Source of the DNA: an uncultured delta proteobacterium
GTDB taxonomy: Bacteria > Desulfobacterota > Binatia > UBA9968
Assembly: GCA_963745035.1 (NCBI GenBank)
Contig: CAVUVW010000002.1
Location: 32,001 to 96,000, forward strand
Reading direction: 5' to 3'
DNA length: 64,000 nucleotides
Positions 1-8,705 of this stretch are shown piece after piece; positions within the stretch are counted from its first letter, which is position 1; each line of letters begins with the position of its first letter. The translations under genes and the position numbers were made by a program. The notes under the pieces are model-generated. The model ran no database searches. It was given only the letters and a program-made list of their open reading frames with translations, and was not told the origin of the DNA.

Positions 1-26
1 GGATTCCCGCGCACGCGGGAATGACG
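1..26. repeat. REP-like palindrome ATTCCC-N8-GGGAAT (partial, at window edge)
   Basis: ggattcccgcgcacgcgggaatgac; related copies at about 5791-5868 and 18615-18691. Confidence 0.75.
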
Positions 27-99
27 AGTGGCGGGAGAATCGTGTCGTGCGAACCTCCCATTTTCATTCTCTGTGGGCGAACGTAAGCTCATGAATCAC

Positions 100-1122
100 T
101 TACAGTCCGAAAATTTCCCGGAATTCTTTGATTGTCTGATTGAATTGCGGCCCGGTCTGGGGCGGCTCGACCTGAAGCTTCAATTTCGATTGCTCCATCC
201 GCGGCGAGAACGGCTCGATGTCGGGCCGTGCCGGGATGCGCCGCAAGGCACGCAATCGCTGCTGCGCCGGTCTGGACAAGAGATAGTCGTAGAACAGCTT
301 CGCCGTATGCGGATGCTGCGGTTTGGCGCTGATACCCGCGGCATTCACGGTGACGACGATGGGATTGACCGTATTCACCCACTCAATCGGTGCGCCTCTT
401 TGCTTCATCTCCTCGACACGGTGCGCGTAGACGACTCCTAGAGGAAATTCGCCCGCAGTCATGAGCTGAGCGATCAAGGTATGACCTTTGCGCCATTGAA
501 TCTCCTGCTTCGCAAGCGCGCGCATGTATTTTTGCGCCCGCTCTCGGCCCCAACTCTTATGCAAGGTGCCGTACCAAGGGTACTGCTCCTGATCGATCGA
601 GACTTTGCCCTTCCATTTCGGATCCAGGAGATCTTCCCACTGCTTCGGCGCTTCCTTCTCGCTAACTAATTTGGGGTTGTACCCGATCGTGGCATAGTTG
701 ATGTAGACCGCCGTCCAGTGACCTTTGGGGTCTTTGAACTCGGGGATGTAGCTCTTGGCCTCGGGAGATTGATAGGGCGCCAGCAACTTGGCTTCGATCA
801 GCGCATCGACTTCGCTGATCGTCACGAGATCGAAGTCCGAGCGGCCAGCGCGCGCTTCGGTGACGATGCGGTTGAGCGTCTTCTCGCCGCTGGCGCGAAA
901 GATTTCTCCCTTGACGAACGGATACTGCTTTTCAAAGTCATCGAGCAGCGGCTTCGATTCGGTCACGTTGGTGGATGTGTACCAAACCAGCTTGCCTTCC
1001 TTCTTGGCGCCTTCAACAAGTTTGGCTTTTTCGTCGGACTGGCTCCAAACCTGCGTCGCGCCCATCGAAAGGAACACGACCCAAATGATCAAAGAAACCA
1101 GAACAGTAAAAACTGAGCTCAT
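100..1122 (-). CDS. Extracellular solute-binding protein (Fe3+/thiamine-type ABC SBP family)
   Basis: Signal peptide; AKKEGKLVWYTS, IGYNPKLV..P..WEDLLDPKWKGK and HPHTAKLFYDYLLS motifs; GGAGG RBS before ATG at 1122. Confidence 0.85.
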   Translation of the reverse strand: MSSVFTVLVSLIIWVVFLSMGATQVWSQSDEKAKLVEGAKKEGKLVWYTSTNVTESKPLLDDFEKQYPFVKGEIFRASGEKTLNRIVTEARAGRSDFDLVTISEVDALIEAKLLAPYQSPEAKSYIPEFKDPKGHWTAVYINYATIGYNPKLVSEKEAPKQWEDLLDPKWKGKVSIDQEQYPWYGTLHKSWGRERAQKYMRALAKQEIQWRKGHTLIAQLMTAGEFPLGVVYAHRVEEMKQRGAPIEWVNTVNPIVVTVNAAGISAKPQHPHTAKLFYDYLLSRPAQQRLRALRRIPARPDIEPFSPRMEQSKLKLQVEPPQTGPQFNQTIKEFREIFGL

Positions 1123-1244
1123 TCTACCTCCGTTCATCGAACCTATTTCGTTAACGATCCTCGGGCAAAACTGCATGAGTATTAAGAAAGACTGCGGCGA
1201 AGTCAATTAGCCTTGCCAAGTGACATCTGAGGGTCGGAGCGTTC

Positions 1245-1324
1245 ACCGCAGAGTCGCTGAGACCGCAGAGAAATAATTCTTTCTCAAGAATTACTCTGAC
1301 CCCAGCACTCCGCGCCTCCGCGGT
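1245..1324. repeat. Paired inverted 9-mer-period repeat (accgcagag...cgcagag / ctccgcgcctccgcggt), no gene inside
   Basis: Same arms flank the GxxExxY gene (22961-23402) and recur at 17384-17443. Confidence 0.7.
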
Positions 1325-1364
1325 CAAAACTGACTTCTGTTATTGAGCCGCGCCCTGGCGCGCT

Positions 1365-2348
1365 CTAAGGCAAATAGCCGCACTGGCGCCAGAAGCGTTC
1401 GGCGGCGGGATGGAGAGGCACTTCAAGGTGGCCCTGCGGCGTGTCGCGCACCATTTGCGCAAGCGGCAGCGGCGCTTCCCCGGCCCACGGAATTCGCGTC
1501 TTGCTTTCCTCCAGCGCGCGGCAAAAATCCGCGACCATAGCATCCGGCGTATCGCGGTGGGTGTAGATCGGCCAACCGCTGAAATCGAGGGTCGGCACAT
1601 CGGCAGCGAGCTTCGGAAAATATTTCTGTTGAATCAAGCCCCGTCGTAGACCCACCGTTTCCAATCGCGCGAGCATGGTTTCGTCCAACGAGAGAAAATT
1701 CATGCCCAACTCGAGCGCCATGTTGCCCCAGGCGCTGGCGCCCTCGTCAAAGATTGCGTCGATCTCGTCGCGCTGCATGGCGCCGATGCGGTTCGGTCCG
1801 TAGGCCATGCCAGCGTCGTAGCGCACTTGACCGCCCCAGGAGACGATGTCGTCCAGCGAAAAACCGGCGGCTTCGAGCACGTGATTGACGATTACGTGCA
1901 GCGAATGGTCCGGCTGCGCGCGCAGTGAAATCCGCAGCGGAAATTTGCGCGCGCGGATATCGCTGAACGATTGGAGACCCGTTTCCTGTTTGACGGCGAA
2001 CAGCATCGAGTCCAGGGACGGCAGGACAGCGATCACGCGCACAGGTATCGGCTCCGTGAAAGGCGCGCTGCCCAGCGCGGCAAGCTTGAGCATCATCGAC
2101 GGATTGATGATCGCAAAGTGCACGCGACCCTCGGCAACTTCTTGGACGGTGGCGGGGCTATCGCTCGCGAACAAGGTCACCGGCCAATCGGCGGCGCCCT
2201 GCTCGCGCAAACTGATGCGCGCCTGGAGATAAGGAAAATCTTTCCGATTGACGAGGGCTGAGGCGACTTCGAGCATGAGCCGCGACCGCGTCGTGTGCGG
2301 ATGCGTTCGCAAGCGGGTAGGTTTGAGGGTCAATTCGTCTTGGCTCAT
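1365..2348 (-). CDS. TAXI-family TRAP solute-binding protein
   Basis: Periplasmic-binding fold features, IDAIFDE, C-terminal VPLHPAAERFW typical of the TAXI family. Confidence 0.7.
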   Translation of the reverse strand: MSQDELTLKPTRLRTHPHTTRSRLMLEVASALVNRKDFPYLQARISLREQGAADWPVTLFASDSPATVQEVAEGRVHFAIINPSMMLKLAALGSAPFTEPIPVRVIAVLPSLDSMLFAVKQETGLQSFSDIRARKFPLRISLRAQPDHSLHVIVNHVLEAAGFSLDDIVSWGGQVRYDAGMAYGPNRIGAMQRDEIDAIFDEGASAWGNMALELGMNFLSLDETMLARLETVGLRRGLIQQKYFPKLAADVPTLDFSGWPIYTHRDTPDAMVADFCRALEESKTRIPWAGEAPLPLAQMVRDTPQGHLEVPLHPAAERFWRQCGYLP

Positions 2349-2485
2349 AACTACACCGTCGAGCTTCCGGAATACCTCCCGCAAAGCATGTCCTGAGACT
2401 TGTATGATGGATGTCGGCTCTGAACCGGGAGTGCTCTGCTACAATGCCCGAAACGCCAAAGGCATTGTGCAAGGAGGCACTCAGC

Positions 2486-3622
2486 ATGGGACACAAAGCG
2501 TTTATACCACAAGAGTACGATGTGTTTGCGGGCTTGGACGTAGATAAAAGAAGCATCTCGGTGACCTTTAGCAACCATCAGCAAGGATTTGTCCGATCGT
2601 TGCACATGCCGTACAGCGTGGAGCACTTGCTCAAGCACGTACGCAAGCATTATCCCGATCAGAAGGTTGCGTTTGTCTATGAAGCTGGACCGACGGGGTA
2701 TGGATTGTATGATGGGCTTTCGGCCCAGGGGTATAACTGCTTGGTGGCGGCACCTTCGATGATCCCTCGAGCTCCCGGGCAAAGAGTCAAAACCAATCGC
2801 CTCGACAGCCGAGGGTTGTCGGAGAGCTTGCGCGGTGGACAGTTGAAGAGCATTCACGTGCCTTCGCCCATTTATCGAGAGCTTCGCCATCTCACTCAGC
2901 TGCGCGACACCTTGGTCAGTGAAGTGGCGGGGATGAAGCAGCGGATTCAATCGCTGTTGCTGTTTGAGGGGATCGCTTTCCCAGCGGCTCCCGCTGGGAG
3001 CCGCTGGTCTTTGAAAGTGAAGAGCCAACTGAGGAAACTTCAGTGCTCTAAGAGCATGCGCTTTAAACTCGATCAGTTGCTCGACAACGTGGAGTTTTCT
3101 GAGAAGCAGGTCGTGAAAGTGACCAAAGAGATTCGCAAGCTCTGTCAGAACGATCCTGAACTGGCGCAGTGCATGAAGTATATGATGAGCGTTTGTGGCA
3201 TCGGCTGGATTGTGGCCAGTCAGCTCCTGGCTCGTATCGGTGATTGGCGGGAACTTAAAAACGTGCGTCAGCTGGCAGGGTTTTTGGGGCTGGTTCCGAG
3301 TGAGGACTCTACGGGAGAGAAAACCGATCGAGGCTCGATCACCCGCACGGGACATGGCCGCCTGAGGAGTAAACTCATCCAAGCGGCCTGGTCGGCGATT
3401 CGCCAAGATGGTGAACTTCGGGAGTTTTACAGTTCGGTATGCCGCAGACACCCGCGGCATATGGGTCCGCGAGTCGCCATCGTCGCCGTGGCGCGCAAGC
3501 TCAGCACCCGGATTGCTGCGGTGTTGATGGAACAACGGCCCTATGTGATGAGACAAAAAGTTCATTCAGCTCCTTTGACCCAAGAGGAGACATCGCCCCA
3601 GGGAACGGCTCGACGACTTTGA
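2486..3622 (+). CDS. IS110-family DEDD transposase/recombinase
   Basis: AGLDVDK, YEAGPTGY, KTNRLDS, GIG, GLVPSEDSTG and AIVAVARKL motifs; AAGGAGG RBS at 2471-2477. Confidence 0.95.
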   Translation: MGHKAFIPQEYDVFAGLDVDKRSISVTFSNHQQGFVRSLHMPYSVEHLLKHVRKHYPDQKVAFVYEAGPTGYGLYDGLSAQGYNCLVAAPSMIPRAPGQRVKTNRLDSRGLSESLRGGQLKSIHVPSPIYRELRHLTQLRDTLVSEVAGMKQRIQSLLLFEGIAFPAAPAGSRWSLKVKSQLRKLQCSKSMRFKLDQLLDNVEFSEKQVVKVTKEIRKLCQNDPELAQCMKYMMSVCGIGWIVASQLLARIGDWRELKNVRQLAGFLGLVPSEDSTGEKTDRGSITRTGHGRLRSKLIQAAWSAIRQDGELREFYSSVCRRHPRHMGPRVAIVAVARKLSTRIAAVLMEQRPYVMRQKVHSAPLTQEETSPQGTARRL

Positions 3623-3765
3623 GAACCGGGAGAAAGAAACTCCTGACGGTTCGATCCTTGAGACAGAGATCCCGGGGCTTTGTGCCTTAGAGAGGGGCGC
3701 ATTTTAAGTCAGTGTGACGGCCGGGTGCCGTGCCACGCATAGCAGCAAGTCTCTCTTGGCCGGGA
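3595..3765 (+). ncRNA. Putative bridge/seek RNA in the downstream non-coding end
   Basis: Two stem-loop domains whose loops match the reconstructed target (cgactttg 3614-3621, tccttgag 3655-3662) and the donor junction (catagcag 3738-3745, caagtct 3746-3752). Confidence 0.7.
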
Positions 3766-3806
3766 AAGAAGAAGGGATAAACTAAGAGCATTCGCGGTGT
3801 AGCGAC

Positions 3807-3812
3807 TTGACA
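3807..3812 (+). promoter_or_regulatory. Outward -35 (TTGACA) of the circle-junction promoter
   Basis: After excision at AG it lies exactly 17 nt from TATGAT (2403-2408). Confidence 0.75.
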
Positions 3813-3859
3813 TCCACATAGCAGCAAAGTCGAAGGGACGCGAAGCCCGCAAAGATTCT

Positions 3860-3958
3860 GTCATTTCGACCGCACGGGAGAAATCCTTCTTAGATCCCTC
3901 GCATTGCTCGGGATGACGGTCTTTGACCGTCACTTGGCGCCTTTGCGCCTTGGCGAGA
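3860..3958. repeat. REP-like cluster (gtcatttcgac...gggatgac; cttggcgcctttgcgccttggcg)
   Basis: Palindromic GTCA...TGAC unit, with a similar one at about 7512-7588, followed by a 9-mer periodic array. Confidence 0.6.
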
Positions 3959-3973
3959 GATAATCCGAACGGA

Positions 3974-4963
3974 CTACTTCGTCTTCAGCTCCCGATAGAC
4001 CTCGCGCGCCAATCTGAAATCCGCTACCTGTGAGATCGGCACGGACTGTTTCGCCTTCGTCACCCGCAAGCTTTCCTCAATGCCTTCCTGCAGCGCCTGG
4101 TCCGATGCCACGCCGCTATCGGTCCAGGTCTTAACCATCATATCGAAAGCCTTCTCGGCGACGTCGCGTTCAAGCTTCCACTTCGCCATGATCAGCGAGA
4201 TGGAATCCTGCCGCTGGGCGCGCGCATGGGCCATGCCTTTAAAGGCCACCGCGATCATGTTTTTGACCTGATCGGGCCGTTGCTGCAGCCAGCGATCGGA
4301 AACACCATACCCGCCATTGATGCTCTCCAAGGTTTCGCCCATGAAGGCTAGGCGGCGCAACCCCATGCGCTCCGCGAGAATATCCACCGGCAAGGTCAAC
4401 GTGGTCGCGTCAACGACGCCGGCTCGAAGGGCTTGGAGCCGGTCGGGTGTATTGCCGATGACTCGCAGAGTCATTTCCTTATCGGCGTCGATGCCAGCGT
4501 CCTTGAGCAAACGTCGCGACAGAAATGACTCTCCGGACGTAAGCGTGGCTACGCCCAGGACTTTGCCCTTTAGCTCCTTGATGGAGCGAATCTCTCCGCG
4601 CGCCATGAGCGAGAATAGCGGTCGGTCGTTATAGACCATCGCCAGCTTCACGGGCAGGCCGCGCACCGCGGCATTGATCGTCGTGCCGGCGAAGACCACA
4701 TATTGAATATCGCCGGAGATCAGCGCCGTTACCGCGATCGTCGGCGGGATATTGATCAGCTCAGCATCGAAGCCGGCCTGCTCGAAGAAGCGATTCTCTT
4801 TGGCGACGATCAACGGAAACGGAATCAACCCGCCGACGGAATAACCGATTCGCACCTTTTCCAGCTCCTTGCTGGCGGCAACAACCGGGGCGCTCGTGAG
4901 CGCAATAAAGATCGTCAGCGCGACAGCCGGAGCAAAAGCAACTCTAAGACTTCGTCGCATCAA
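3974..4963 (-). CDS. NMT1/SsuA-like ABC substrate-binding protein
   Basis: Signal peptide; IKELKGKVLGV and RLQALRAGVVDA motifs. Confidence 0.85.
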   Translation of the reverse strand: MMRRSLRVAFAPAVALTIFIALTSAPVVAASKELEKVRIGYSVGGLIPFPLIVAKENRFFEQAGFDAELINIPPTIAVTALISGDIQYVVFAGTTINAAVRGLPVKLAMVYNDRPLFSLMARGEIRSIKELKGKVLGVATLTSGESFLSRRLLKDAGIDADKEMTLRVIGNTPDRLQALRAGVVDATTLTLPVDILAERMGLRRLAFMGETLESINGGYGVSDRWLQQRPDQVKNMIAVAFKGMAHARAQRQDSISLIMAKWKLERDVAEKAFDMMVKTWTDSGVASDQALQEGIEESLRVTKAKQSVPISQVADFRLAREVYRELKTK

Positions 4964-4993
4964 TCATTTTCCTCTTTAGTTGAACGAGGCACG

Positions 4994-5710
4994 TTAAGGC
5001 CAGCGATTTCTGTTCTGCGGCCGCTTCGCCCAGTAGTCCTCGAAGGCCTTTGGACCGGCGCGCTCATAAACCCGCCGGTGGGTCGCTCGGTCGGCCACAT
5101 GCGGCAACACCCGTTCGGAGTACTGCAAGTGCGTTACCTCGCCTTGCGCCGCGGCGTCTTCGGCCGCGAGCAAATCGTCGAGGAACTGCCGCAGCTCTCG
5201 ATCGTTGGCCATGTTGCTGCGAAAAATCAACCGGCCGTCTTTGTGGACGACGAACAGCGCGTTGGGCCAAACGCCGTAGGCCCGGTGGATTCTGCCATCG
5301 AGATGGTCGACGATGATCGGAAAACGAACGTCTTCTAACTTCTGCAGATCGCGCGCATAGCTTAGTTTTTGCTCGAACGAATCATGAGCGGAATAGTTCT
5401 CGGCCGGATGGGATTCTCGCGTGTAAAGTAAAAAGAACGACACGTCGTTGCCGGCAAATTCTTCCTGCAATCGATTGAAAGCCGGCACCTCGAAGGCGCA
5501 CATCGGACTGGTCACTGCTCCGGTCATGATCACGATGTGGCGCTTGCCGCGAAAGTCGCGGGACCGAACGACGTTGCCGTCCAACGCCGTTGCTTCAAAC
5601 TCCGGCGCAGGCGCGCCGACTTTCGCCGGCATGGTTTCGCCCGGATTCGTCGTGCCGGGAGAAGCGACAGTGAAGTCCTCAGAATTGTACTGTTGTTCTT
5701 CGTCTATCAT
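4994..5710 (-). CDS. Peroxiredoxin-fold / iodothyronine-deiodinase-like protein
   Basis: GAPAPEF, TGAVTSPMC, LYTRESHP and YGVWPN motifs of the thioredoxin-fold deiodinase-like family. Confidence 0.65.
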   Translation of the reverse strand: MIDEEQQYNSEDFTVASPGTTNPGETMPAKVGAPAPEFEATALDGNVVRSRDFRGKRHIVIMTGAVTSPMCAFEVPAFNRLQEEFAGNDVSFFLLYTRESHPAENYSAHDSFEQKLSYARDLQKLEDVRFPIIVDHLDGRIHRAYGVWPNALFVVHKDGRLIFRSNMANDRELRQFLDDLLAAEDAAAQGEVTHLQYSERVLPHVADRATHRRVYERAGPKAFEDYWAKRPQNRNRWP

Positions 5711-5790
5711 TGATCCGCTGCAATAGAATGTGGGAGCAATGAATATCTGCTGAAAGAGATCTGGACGCGCGCTTAGCTACCTCGCTCTTC

Positions 5791-5973
5791 CGTCATACCC
5801 GCGAATGCGGATATCCAGGCTGATTCGCAAAAGCACGAATCTGGATTCCCGCCTGCGCGGGAATGACGACAAGCCCCATTTTGATTATCCGTTGGGCAAG
5901 CAAAGCTCATGAATCAGGGGCCTTCCCTTCGGACTCTCACCCCTGCCTTCTCCCGCTTCGCGGGCCAGGGGGG
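5791..5973. repeat. Intergenic repeat cluster (paired ATTCCC-N8-GGGAAT-type palindromes, AAGCTCATGAATCA motif, ctcacccc..ctcc..ggg unit)
   Basis: Direct inspection; components recur elsewhere in the window. Confidence 0.65.
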
Positions 5974-6143
5974 CTAAGTCGTTCGCACGTCCGAATTTCT
6001 CCAACGAGGTAGTTTCAACTCTTCTCCCGAAGATCTTAGCGCGTCTCTTCGCGGTACACGCCGATCGCTTCTTGCAGCGCCCCTACATCATTGAGAACAA
6101 GGTGGCCAGCACGCAACTTTGACGCCAATGGCAATCGACGTCG

Positions 6144-7338
6144 CTATTGATCGTTTAGATGAAAGTATTTCACCGCGTTGCCTACGGTCATTTTCCAAAT
6201 CTCGTCTTCCGTCGACTTGGCGAAATTTTCCGCGATGACCTTCTGTGAGTTGGGCCAATCCGATTCGAGATGCGGAAAGTCGCTCGCCCACATGAGCTTG
6301 TCGATATCCAGCTCTTGGCGCGCGATGCGCACGCCGACCGGGTTACGGTTGAAGCCCCAGTAGCAATGCTCGCGCGCGATCTCGCTCGGCATGCGCTTGA
6401 GCCGCGGCAGGCCCAGAACGCGCTCGGCCCAGTACTGCTGGCGGCCGTATTCGTTGTCCATCTGGTCCATCCAGTTGGGCACCCAGCCGATCTGCACCTC
6501 GGCAACGTAGATGCTCAATTTCGGGAAAGCGCTCGAAGGCGCCGCCCCAGATCATCTGCACGACCTGCCTGCTGCCGCGAAAACCATATTTGTTGAAGCG
6601 CTCCACGATGTCCGGCACGTGATGCTCCGGATCGGTTTTGCGCGGATACTTGAATGCCGGCGCCGTTGCCGCAGCCGATTGGCCGCGTCCGCGCCGCGGA
6701 AAACCAAACTCGACATGGATGGTGAGCGCCATATTGAGATCCACCACTGCCGCCCAAAAACGATCGTCCTCCTGGGTTGGATATGGATTGCCGGCCGGAA
6801 AATGGTCGAGAGCCACCGCCTTGAGGCCGATCTTCGCGCAATGCACCAACTCGCCGACGGCGTCGTCGATATTCGTAATCGGAATGACACCGACGCCGAT
6901 CAACCGCTCCGGGGCGAACGAGCAATACTCCTCGGCGAGCCAATCATTGTAAGCGCGCACTACCGCTTTGTGGGCCTCGTCATTGCGGATGCCGCGCCAA
7001 AAGCTCGGCCCAACGTTGCCGTGAAACAACACTTCGGCATCCACACCATCCTTTTCCTGCTCCGCCAGTCGCTGCGCCGGCGAGCCTGTGCCCGGTGAGG
7101 TTTCGTAATGCTCGCCCGGAAGCGGATCGAAGGGACGGCGTTCTTCGTAAGGAACACCGCAGGAAATATTGGAGATCAAACGCTCGAGCGGCTGCCCTTC
7201 TTGTAGTACCGCCAGGGTACCATCTTCCAATGTGATCACTTTCGGCGCCCGGTCGCGAAACTTCTCCGGCACTCGTTCGGCATAGCGATCGGGCCGGATC
7301 TCGAGATGGGAATCGGCGGAAATACATTTGTACTTCAT
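6144..7338 (-). CDS. Amidohydrolase_2 family protein (frameshift near 6510)
   Basis: ISADSH, RAYNDWLAEEYC and LMWASDFPH motifs split over two frames. Confidence 0.85.
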
Positions 7339-7661
7339 AAATCCTCTCACGAATCAATCAGCGCCCGGCTTATACCCAGGGAGGAATGTTGTCAACGCTC
7401 GACCCACCGCTCGAATCAATCGTTGATTCCCCTTCGGTTGATGCGATACAAATGGGAGCGTCAGCCGGATTCAATTTGGAGAGACAAATTTCGGTCGTGG
7501 TTCAGTTTCGGAAAGATCTCTCACTTCGTTCGAGATGACAGGTCCGTTATTTTGTTTGTCATTCCGAGCGAATGCGAGGAATCTTTCTCCAAGGTGTAAT
7601 GCTCATCACGGTCAAACTGCACCACTACTCAAATTTCTAGTCGACGACGAAGGAATTTTAC

Positions 7662-8666
7662 ATGATAATCATTAGACGGTTACCGCTCGCCGTGGCATCG
7701 ATCTTGATCGCTGGAGCTTCGGCGCAGATCACCGGCGCTGCCGAATCCGGTAAATCAATTCCTTTGCGCGTCGCCTACAGCGCCATCACCGTCAATCAAG
7801 CGATCCCGTGGATCGCCTTCGATGCCGGCCATTTCAAGAAAAACGGTCTGGATGTCGAGTTGATCCACGCCAGCAGCATCACGTCCATGCAGGCTCTGCT
7901 CGCCGGCGAGGTCGCGGTGGCCCAATCGGTCACCGACGCCTGCGTGAGCTCGAACTTGAGCGGCGCCGATACGCTTTTCTTGGGCGCGATTCTCGACAAA
8001 CCGTTGTACAGCTTTATCGTCAATCAGAAAATCAAGACGCCGGCAGACTTGAAAGGCAAACGGGTCGGCGTCACTCGCGTAGGCTCGACACCGGATGCGC
8101 TTGCGCGCACGATGCTTAAAACGTGGAACCTGGACCCGAACACCGATGTCACGATCGTGCAGCTCAACGAGATGGGTCTGCTGGTTCAAGGTCTGGTCAA
8201 CGGCGTGATCGACGCGGCGCCGATTTCGATTCCGAGCAATATCCGCGCGAAGAATCTCGGCTTCACCGAGCTCTTCGACATGACCAAGATCGGCAAGACT
8301 TACATCACCGGCACGGTAGTCACGCGCAAGCGCTTCATCGACGGCCAGCGCGATACCGCGAAGCGGTTCATGCGCGGCTTTCTCCAAGGCATGAAAACCT
8401 ATCTGGAAGACGAAGATCTTAGCATCAAAATCATCCAGAAGTGGACGCGGGCCAAGAACCGCGACGAAGTGAAGGAAGCCTATGATCTCCAGGCAAAGAA
8501 CATGCTGCGCATCCCGCGCACGTCGATCGACGGCGTGAAGACCATTCTCGAAGGCATGGAAAAACTTCCCGGCGCCAAGACCGCGGACCCGCGCCGCTTC
8601 ATCGACTCAACGATTCTCGACGAGCTGGAAAAGGAAGGCTTCTTGAAGACTCTCTACAAGAATTGA
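7662..8666 (+). CDS. NMT1/SsuA-like ABC substrate-binding protein
   Basis: Signal peptide; DLKGKRVGVTRVGS; C-terminal LDELEKEGF. Confidence 0.85.
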   Translation: MIIIRRLPLAVASILIAGASAQITGAAESGKSIPLRVAYSAITVNQAIPWIAFDAGHFKKNGLDVELIHASSITSMQALLAGEVAVAQSVTDACVSSNLSGADTLFLGAILDKPLYSFIVNQKIKTPADLKGKRVGVTRVGSTPDALARTMLKTWNLDPNTDVTIVQLNEMGLLVQGLVNGVIDAAPISIPSNIRAKNLGFTELFDMTKIGKTYITGTVVTRKRFIDGQRDTAKRFMRGFLQGMKTYLEDEDLSIKIIQKWTRAKNRDEVKEAYDLQAKNMLRIPRTSIDGVKTILEGMEKLPGAKTADPRRFIDSTILDELEKEGFLKTLYKN

Positions 8667-8705
8667 CCTCGAGCGCTTCGCTAAGGCTTGAAGAAGGAAA
8701 AACTC

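Larger units (their letters stand above)
2398..3824 (+). mobile_element. IS110-family element, IS1111 type (subterminal IRs, AG core, no TSD)
   Basis: IRs ATGGATGTC 2407-2415 / GACATCCAC 3809-3817; AG at 2396-2397 and 3823-3824; removal restores gtcctgAGcaaagtcgaagggac. Confidence 0.85.

Noticed and set aside
4994-5710. Selenocysteine in the deiodinase-like gene
   Set aside because: Frame is fully open; the relevant codon encodes Ser, not TGA
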